A model generated the notes under the pieces. The model was not told the DNA's origin. It ran no database searches and saw only the letters and a list, made by a program, of their open reading frames with translations. The translations under genes were made by a program, and so were the position numbers. A stretch of 14,000 bases of DNA from Promethearchaeota archaeon (GTDB lineage Archaea; Asgardarchaeota; Lokiarchaeia; Sigyniarchaeales; SOKP01): the NCBI GenBank assembly GCA_048941265.1, contig JBHLNT010000108.1, positions 1 to 14,000 of the forward strand, given 5' to 3'. Positions 7,687 through 14,000 of this stretch are shown one piece after another. Every line of letters starts with the position of its first letter. Position 1 is the stretch's first letter.

Positions 7687-7931
7687 GAATTTTTAAGTAG
7701 AATAGATGCAAAATTTTATAGAGAGTCGATTTGATAATTTTTCTCGTCAAATTATTTTCGATGTAAACATTTTTAGTCTTAAAATTTTGATAACATATAT
7801 TTTAAAACTTTATCATTTCGTTTCGAAATCATATCATTTAAATTTTGAAATTTCAAAAAAATTGATCAATTGCGTCACCCATTGATCACATTTTAATATT
7901 TGTTTTACTTTTTCTATCATAGAATATTATA

Positions 7932-7939
7932 TTTATATA
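7932..7939 (+). promoter_or_regulatory. TATA box candidate for metV-metF
   Basis: TTTATATA ending 37 nt before the ATG at 7977. The region is AT-rich, so a chance match is possible. Confidence 0.45.
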
Positions 7940-7976
7940 AAAAACATATACATAAATGTAAAGGTTGAGAAAAAAA

Positions 7977-8648
7977 ATGGTCGTAATAACCACAAAAAAA
8001 CCAGAAGAAGAGATATTTGAAGCACTGAACAATTATCATGCTAATAAAATCGCTATTGTTTCTTGTGGTACATGCGCCGCCCTCTGTCAAACTGGAGGAA
8101 CTGAGGGTTTAGCAGAATGGCAAGAAAAGCTGAAAGAAAAGGGTTTTGAAATCACTGCGGGTATTGTATCTGAAGATGTATGTGATAACAGAGTAATGAA
8201 AAAAGATCTAAGAAAAATAGATGATGAAATTAAAGAATCAGATGCAATTTTAACGTTAAGTTGCGGATTAGGAGCTCAAAGTATTATAAAAACCCTTGAG
8301 AAAAATTATCCACGTCTACCTGTTATCGTAGCTAATGATACACAATTTATGGGAATGACTGAGAGAATTGGTCGATTTTATATGCGATGTCAAGGATGCG
8401 GTGAATGTCTTCTAAACGAAACTGGGGGCATTTGTCCGATAACCACATGTGCCAAGGCACTAATGAACGGGCCCTGTGGAGGAATGGTTAAGGGTAAATG
8501 CGAAGTCGGAAATTATGAAAGAGATTGCGGATGGGTCTTGATATATAACCGATTAAAAGAAATCGGCAGACTTGACCTATTCTCTAAGCTAAGAGAACCC
8601 CGAAACTGGAGTGCATCTGGACATCAAAGAGAGGTAGTTTTTAGATAG
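7977..8648 (+). CDS. metV: MetV, Cys-rich (Fe-S/Zn) subunit of acetogen-type methylenetetrahydrofolate reductase (MTHFR C-terminal-like family)
   Basis: Characteristic motifs SCGTCAALCQTGG, LSCGLGAQ, CQGCGECLLNETGGICPITTCAKALMNGPCGG and CEV...DCGWVLIYNRLKEIGRLD, directly upstream of metF. ATG 7977 is preferred over TTG 7965 because AAGGTTGA (7961-7968) sits at SD distance from it. Confidence 0.92.
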   Translation: MVVITTKKPEEEIFEALNNYHANKIAIVSCGTCAALCQTGGTEGLAEWQEKLKEKGFEITAGIVSEDVCDNRVMKKDLRKIDDEIKESDAILTLSCGLGAQSIIKTLEKNYPRLPVIVANDTQFMGMTERIGRFYMRCQGCGECLLNETGGICPITTCAKALMNGPCGGMVKGKCEVGNYERDCGWVLIYNRLKEIGRLDLFSKLREPRNWSASGHQREVVFR

Positions 8649-8654
8649 GAGGTG
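8648..8654 (+). promoter_or_regulatory. Shine-Dalgarno GGAGGTG of metF
   Basis: Overlaps the last base of the metV stop codon, with 7 nt to the metF ATG, indicating a bicistronic unit. Confidence 0.8.
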
Positions 8655-8661
8655 GAAAAAA

Positions 8662-9591
8662 ATGGCAGAAAAAAAAGTTTATTCAAAATTAGGAGAAGCT
8701 CTTGCAAAAGGCGATTTTGTTTTAACTGGTGAATTAGAACCAGAAAAAACCTGTGACCTTTCACATTTAGTTCAAGAAGCAAAAGAGATGGCTCCTTATG
8801 TAGTAGCTGCTAATGTAACAGACAGCCCTCTTGGAATTGTAACAATTAACAGCCTGGCAGCCTCATATATCGTTCAAAGAGATGCTGGTTTGGAATGTAT
8901 CTGGCAATTAACTGTAAGAGATGTCAATAAACTTGGTATTGCTGGTATGATTATGGGGGCTCAAGCCCTTGGAATTCATAATGTACTCTCCCTAACTGGA
9001 GATCATCCTAATATGGGGGATATGCCAGAAACCAAACCTGTGTTTGACTTAGACTCAGCCACCTTAGTTAAATTAGTAAGAGAGATGGTTGATACTGGCG
9101 CTATTAATGGAAAGGAAATAGAGCATCCTCCAAAGTTACATGTGGGTGCAGCCGCAAATCCAAACTCAGATCCAATGGAAGCTGAAGCACTAAAAATTGG
9201 GCGAAAAGCAGAGGCAGGAGCGGAATTTATCCAGACTCAAGTTGTTTATGATTTAGATAAAACAATAGAATTTTTAAGAGCAATTAATAAATACAAAGTT
9301 CCAGTTCTACTTGGATTATTTCCAATGAAAAGTTATGCAATAGCGAAAGGTTTCGATATGTTTGTTCCCGGTGTTGATGTTCCAAAAGATATTCTGGCTA
9401 AATGGAAAGGTATAAAAACAGATATTACCGATAAAAAGGCTCAGCAAGAAGCCTATGATCTGGCAAATTATGAATTCTTTAAACCTTTTGTCACTGAGCT
9501 AAAAGCTAAGAAATTATTGGCAGGAATTCATTGTATGGCCGTCCATTACCCCAGGATATTCCCAAAATTAGTAGAAGTAATTAAAGGTTAA
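8662..9591 (+). CDS. metF: 5,10-methylenetetrahydrofolate reductase, flavin subunit (309 aa)
   Basis: MTHFR motifs TGELEP (catalytic Glu), NVTDSP, QLTVRD, LSLTGDHP (catalytic Asp), KAEAGAEFIQTQVVYD, VPGVDVP and GIHCMA. Confidence 0.93.
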   Translation: MAEKKVYSKLGEALAKGDFVLTGELEPEKTCDLSHLVQEAKEMAPYVVAANVTDSPLGIVTINSLAASYIVQRDAGLECIWQLTVRDVNKLGIAGMIMGAQALGIHNVLSLTGDHPNMGDMPETKPVFDLDSATLVKLVREMVDTGAINGKEIEHPPKLHVGAAANPNSDPMEAEALKIGRKAEAGAEFIQTQVVYDLDKTIEFLRAINKYKVPVLLGLFPMKSYAIAKGFDMFVPGVDVPKDILAKWKGIKTDITDKKAQQEAYDLANYEFFKPFVTELKAKKLLAGIHCMAVHYPRIFPKLVEVIKG

Positions 9592-9594
9592 ATC

Positions 9595-9629
9595 AAGAGA
9601 ATAGTGATTTTTCACTTATTCTCTTTTTT
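9595..9629 (+). terminator. Stem-loop followed by T run after metF
   Basis: AAGAGAATAGTGA (9595-9607) pairs with TCAC-t-TATTCTCTT (9612-9625): 13 bp with one bulge and a 4-nt loop, continuing into Ts. Confidence 0.7.
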
Positions 9630-9857
9630 ATTTCTTATTAAAAATTATCTCTTTATTTTAATGATTTTAGTCTTTATTATTAATTAAAAATTTTTCATTT
9701 AAAATATTTAAATTCTATTATATTTGTATAGAAAATAATAAAAATATATAACTAAAAATTTTTTAATGCGTAATTTATAATTTATTTAAATAAATCAATA
9801 TTTAATTAAATATACACATTCGTACAAATTTTCAAAAAATAGTGTAAAAGTGTCTAA

Positions 9858-10616
9858 ATGATAAATTCAGAAAAAAAAATGGAAGAACATGAACAAGAAA
9901 TAAAATTTCGTGAAGCATATGATCGAGTTAGTTTCTATAAAGACTTGCTTGCTCACGATATTAATAATATTCTTCAAAATATTAGTTCTTCATGTGAACT
10001 CATTTCCATTTATTCTGATAATCATTCTAAATCGGAGAAAATTAATGAATTAAGTGAAATTATTAAGGAACAAATTACAAGAGGAGAAAAATTAATCTCC
10101 AATGTCAGAAAATTAACACAATTAGAAAGGCCAGAATTTGAATTAGGTCCTGTAGACACCCATGAGATATTAAAAGAAGCAATCGAATACATTTTGAATA
10201 GGTTTCGTAGACGTGAGATCCAAATAAAGCTAGAGATTAGTGATCAAAATCACATTGTTTTAGCAAACGAGTTTCTAATAGATGTATTTGAAAATATTCT
10301 AATTAATGCGGTAAAATATACAACCAATCAAGTAGTTGAGATTTTGATAAAAGTTAGTAAGCAGGAATTCAATAGGTCCAAATATGTAAAAATAGAATTT
10401 ATGGATAATGGAATTGGTATCCCCCATAAAAAAAGGAAAATTATTTTTCAAATCGGGAATATGCTAATAAAAAGTGGAAAGGGAATGGGTTTAGGGTTAT
10501 CATTAGCAAAAAAAATTATTGAAAGTTATAAGGGAAAAATATGGGTGGAAAATAGAATAAAGGGAGATACTTCAAGGGGTAGTAATTTTAGTCTATTAAT
10601 TCCTGTAGCCATATAA
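9858..10616 (+). CDS. Histidine kinase (HisKA + HATPase only, no sensor domain; 252 aa)
   Basis: H box LAHDINNILQ, N box VFENILINAVKY, G1 FMDNGIGIP, G2 GMGLGLSLAKKII, terminal GSNFSLLIP. Confidence 0.92.
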   Translation: MINSEKKMEEHEQEIKFREAYDRVSFYKDLLAHDINNILQNISSSCELISIYSDNHSKSEKINELSEIIKEQITRGEKLISNVRKLTQLERPEFELGPVDTHEILKEAIEYILNRFRRREIQIKLEISDQNHIVLANEFLIDVFENILINAVKYTTNQVVEILIKVSKQEFNRSKYVKIEFMDNGIGIPHKKRKIIFQIGNMLIKSGKGMGLGLSLAKKIIESYKGKIWVENRIKGDTSRGSNFSLLIPVAI

Positions 10617-10748
10617 TTAGATTATTAATTTATTTTTGGGTATATCTAGAAATTTCGAAGTTTTGAGTTTTTAAATTTACATAAGAATTATCTCATCCTT
10701 TAAAACATTACTATAAACTTTAAATTCGATTTAAATAAAATTGAATTT

Positions 10749-12260
10749 ATGGAATCATATGATTTAGTAGTGATAGGGAGCGGAGCCGGCCTTAATATTT
10801 TAAATGTTGGCCTTAATATGGGACTTAAATGTGCGTTAATAGAAGACACAAAATTAGGCGGTACTTGTTTGACCCGGGGGTGTATCCCATCTAAAGTGCT
10901 TGTTCATCCCGCAGATTTAATTCGAGAAGCTCAACATGCCAAAAAGGTGGGAATTCATTTTAATGTTGAGAAAATTGATTGGAGTTTTATAGCTAAGCGA
11001 ATGTGGAGTCAAATTGATGAGAGTAATATGATGGAGGAAGGATTATCATCTGTTCCAAATCTTAAGCTGTATCGTGGCATTGGTGAATTTACTGGAGAAT
11101 ATAAAATGGTTATAAGATCTAAGGATGGAAAAAAAACCCTTGGAGAATTTAGGGGTGAGAAGTTTGTTATTGCTTCTGGAGCTCGTTCTTTCATTCCCCC
11201 TATTGAAGGCATCGATAAGATTGATTATATTACTAATGAAAATTTTTTTGGTAATAAATTCCCAGAAAAGCCTTGGAAAAGTCTTATTATTATTGGTGGA
11301 GGAGTTGTTGCAGCTGAATTTGCTCATATATTTTCTGCCATGGGAACTGAAGTTACAATCGTTGAAATGCTGCCACGCTTAGTAATGACTGAAGAACCCG
11401 AAATTAGTACATTTTTGGAGCAAAATTTTAAAAAAAATATGACTGTTTTGCTTAATTATAAAGCGGTGAAGGTAGAGGAGAAGAAAAAAAGGAAGATTTT
11501 AACCGTTGAAAATGTTAATACAGGGGATAAAAAAAATATTGAAGCAGAAGAAATTTTAGTGGCTGCGGGGCGTAAATCTAATGCCGATATCTTAAAGGTT
11601 GATAAAACTGGGATTGAAACCGATAAACGTGGGTGGATAAAAACTAATAAATTTTTAGAGACATCTAAAAAAAATATTTGGTGCATCGGAGATGCAAATG
11701 GACTTTATCAGTTCCGTCATAAAGCAAATTATGAAGCTGAAATTTGTAGTAATAATATTTTTGGAGAATCAAAAATGCAGGCAGATTATTCTTCTGTTCC
11801 ATGGGCTATTTTCTCATATCCTCAAGTAGGACATGTAGGAATGACCCAAGCTGAAGCTATTGAGAAAGGACATGAAATTTTTGTAGCCATAAAAAATTAT
11901 TCTACTGTCGCTAAAGGTTTTGCCATGGGTTTCGAGAATGGAGATGTGGATGATGGTTTTGTCAAATTAGTAATCGATAAAACCTATAAGATTTTAGGGG
12001 CGCATGTTGTTGGTCCAAGTGCTGCTATATTGGTTCAACCTTTTGTATATTTGATGAATGCGGGATTTACTTGTACTTTTCCAGAACAAACTGAACAAGC
12101 ACCTGGTACAAAATTAGAACGAGCATGTCCAGAAGCTGGTTCGTTTATACCAATTTACCAATCCATGGTTATACATCCTTCGCTTAATGAAGTCGCAGGT
12201 TGGGCGATTGGTTCTTTGAGACCGGTTAATATAAAAATGGAACACCATCACAAGCATTAA
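10749..12260 (+). CDS. Class I pyridine nucleotide-disulfide oxidoreductase (dihydrolipoamide dehydrogenase / mycothione reductase-like; 503 aa)
   Basis: FAD-binding VVIGSGAG, redox disulfide GGTCLTRGCIPSK (C40/C45), dinucleotide motif IIGGGVVAAE...VE, IGD motif, and catalytic HPSLNE (H476/E481). Confidence 0.92.
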   Translation: MESYDLVVIGSGAGLNILNVGLNMGLKCALIEDTKLGGTCLTRGCIPSKVLVHPADLIREAQHAKKVGIHFNVEKIDWSFIAKRMWSQIDESNMMEEGLSSVPNLKLYRGIGEFTGEYKMVIRSKDGKKTLGEFRGEKFVIASGARSFIPPIEGIDKIDYITNENFFGNKFPEKPWKSLIIIGGGVVAAEFAHIFSAMGTEVTIVEMLPRLVMTEEPEISTFLEQNFKKNMTVLLNYKAVKVEEKKKRKILTVENVNTGDKKNIEAEEILVAAGRKSNADILKVDKTGIETDKRGWIKTNKFLETSKKNIWCIGDANGLYQFRHKANYEAEICSNNIFGESKMQADYSSVPWAIFSYPQVGHVGMTQAEAIEKGHEIFVAIKNYSTVAKGFAMGFENGDVDDGFVKLVIDKTYKILGAHVVGPSAAILVQPFVYLMNAGFTCTFPEQTEQAPGTKLERACPEAGSFIPIYQSMVIHPSLNEVAGWAIGSLRPVNIKMEHHHKH

Positions 12261-12393
12261 TCCTCATAAATTTTTCTTTTAATTTTTAGATATAATATAA
12301 TTAGCTCTCTTATCTTCCATTGACTCTCTTTTTTACGAATGATAAGCCTTAAAACATCAAATATTTAGATATTAAAACTAATATTATAATCAG

Positions 12394-14000
12394 ATGGTTT
12401 CAAAAAAAATGAAGTGGATTGAAAATAATCCTATAGGTCAGATTTTTACTCCACATCATATTGCAGAATTCATGGTTAAGAACAGTTTAAAATTTATTAA
12501 AAATTTAGGTAAAAGTATTCATGAAATAACAGTTTTAGAGCCATCAGCTGGTAAAGGTATATTTTTAAAATATTTGATTCAAAACAATTTTAAAAACATA
12601 ACAGCTTATGAAATCGATGAAAAATTAAAAAATTCCTTATTACAAAAATATCCAGACGTAAATTTTAGGTTTATGAATGTATTAAGTTCAGATCTTAATG
12701 AAAAATTTGATTTGATCATCGGAAATCCGCCCTATTTAGGTCAAAATTATAATGCTGAAGTTTTTCAGGAATATATTAAGAAGTTTCCCATATGTGCTAA
12801 ATATTTTGTAGGTAATATGGATTTATTTTATTTTTTTATACATATTGGTATAGAGAAGTTAAATCCGGGTGGTATTTTGTCTTTTATCACAACAAATTAT
12901 TGGGTTACAAAATCCAAGAAAACTGGAATTAAATTACTTAAACCCCATATATTAGATGAATGCTATATCCTTCAATATATTGATTTATCGAATTTAGCAC
13001 TTTTTAAACAAGCCACCGGGCAAGATAATTGCATTTTTTTATTACAAAAAAAAACAAAAAAAGAAAAAGAGTGTAAAACTGATAAAAAAATAGAAATTAT
13101 TCAGATTGGAAAAAGAAATAATTTAGCCTTATCTAATAACGCATTTAATCAGTCAATTTTTGAGAATTTAATCCATAATAAAAATTCAATATACATAAAA
13201 AAATATTATTCAGCACTAACTAATAACAATTTAAAAAGAGATGGAAGCTGGAATCTAATATATCCTGAACAAGTAAAAGAACTTGTCGAAAAAATTGAAA
13301 AATTTTGCTTTTTAAATGGAAAAGTTAGTCTTTTAAACGACTTTTTTATAATTCGCAATGGTTTAATTTTAATTAAAGATGAATATTTCATTTTAAATGA
13401 AGGGATTAATCTCAAAATAGAAAATAATGATTTTCTTATTAAAATCAATAAGAATTTTTTCAAGCTCAATGAACATGAAAAAAGCAGGTTAAAAAAAGTC
13501 TATAAAAGTAGATCTATATTACCATATGGATATAAGAAAGAGGATTTTTCTGGATATATCATTTATTTCAATAGAAGTGAATGCAATTTAAAAGACATAG
13601 ATAAATCAAATAGATTATTTGAAAAAAAATACCCAACATTGATGGCATATCTAAGACAATATGAGAAAGAATTAAGAGAAATATTAATAAACGCTAAAGA
13701 AAATCCTGAAGATTTTTATTTTCCACGAAGAGGTGCATATATTCATATCTTAGATCAAGAAAATAAGGATACATTAATCGATCTTGAACCATTTTATGAT
13801 CATCATAAAAAAATTTTTTTTAAGTATATCTCAAGTGAAAATCTATTTGGCTTTACTGAAAAACCGTATTATGCAACTTCAGACACTTATTTTCTCTGGC
13901 CAAAAAGTATTGTTAAGGATATAGATTATCATTTCATTCTCGCTTATCTTAATTCTAAAATAGTAGCATTTCTGTTTAAAGCAAAAAATATAAAGATCAA
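12394..14000 (+). CDS. N6-adenine DNA methyltransferase, gamma class (M.TaqI/Eco57I-like), 3'-truncated by the window edge; alternative start 12409
   Basis: Manual translation is open for 535 codons to the window end. Motif X GQIFTP (12436-12453), motif I LEPSAGKGIF (12535-12564), motif II AYEID, motif IV IIGNPPY (NPPY 12724-12735), then DLFYFFI...LNPGGILSFIT. TaqI_C-like ILAYLNSK lies near 13936-13959. Confidence 0.92.
   Translation, partial: MVSKKMKWIENNPIGQIFTPHHIAEFMVKNSLKFIKNLGKSIHEITVLEPSAGKGIFLKYLIQNNFKNITAYEIDEKLKNSLLQKYPDVNFRFMNVLSSDLNEKFDLIIGNPPYLGQNYNAEVFQEYIKKFPICAKYFVGNMDLFYFFIHIGIEKLNPGGILSFITTNYWVTKSKKTGIKLLKPHILDECYILQYIDLSNLALFKQATGQDNCIFLLQKKTKKEKECKTDKKIEIIQIGKRNNLALSNNAFNQSIFENLIHNKNSIYIKKYYSALTNNNLKRDGSWNLIYPEQVKELVEKIEKFCFLNGKVSLLNDFFIIRNGLILIKDEYFILNEGINLKIENNDFLIKINKNFFKLNEHEKSRLKKVYKSRSILPYGYKKEDFSGYIIYFNRSECNLKDIDKSNRLFEKKYPTLMAYLRQYEKELREILINAKENPEDFYFPRRGAYIHILDQENKDTLIDLEPFYDHHKKIFFKYISSENLFGFTEKPYYATSDTYFLWPKSIVKDIDYHFILAYLNSKIVAFLFKAKNIKI

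Noticed and set aside
7690-7976. Possible SAM or THF riboswitch upstream of metVF
   Set aside because: No conserved riboswitch core or stable GC-containing stems are recognisable, and the TATA candidate implies a very short leader. An Rfam/Infernal scan would be decisive.
11009-11686. Four short overlapping ORFs within the disulfide reductase gene
   Set aside because: Alternative-frame or antisense ORFs inside a conserved enzyme gene.
10749-12260. Mercuric reductase (merA) call
   Set aside because: It retains the catalytic His-x4-Glu and lacks both the terminal vicinal Cys-Cys pair and an N-terminal metal-binding domain.
13206-13469. 87-aa minus-strand ORF
   Set aside because: Antisense to the methyltransferase reading frame, which carries all expected motifs.
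1-14000. CRISPR array, tRNA, rRNA or IS element
   Set aside because: No regularly spaced repeat-spacer units, GC-rich structured RNA segments or transposase motifs were seen.

Overview
AT-rich, gene-dense prokaryotic DNA. It is most likely archaeal, given TATA/BRE-type promoters, oligo-T terminators and GGAGGTG/GGATGTGA ribosome-binding motifs. By inference from gene content and protein style it probably comes from an Asgard (Lokiarchaeia-like) genome. Left to right it encodes: an Lrp/AsnC regulator; a metallo-beta-lactamase-fold hydrolase; three small uncharacterised helical proteins, two of them a highly conserved tandem paralog pair with a shared upstream DNA element; two tandem Cys-rich Fe-S paralogs with C-terminal 2x[4Fe-4S] domains; a 500-aa uncharacterised membrane protein; an acetogen-type metV-metF methylene-THF reductase pair ending in a hairpin terminator; a sensor-less histidine kinase; a flavoprotein disulfide reductase with an extra two-Cys insertion and a His-rich tail; and a gamma-class N6-adenine DNA methyltransferase that runs off the right edge and is missing from the supplied ORF track. 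No rRNA, tRNA, CRISPR array or transposase was recognised. All family assignments come from motif recognition by eye, not from database searches.
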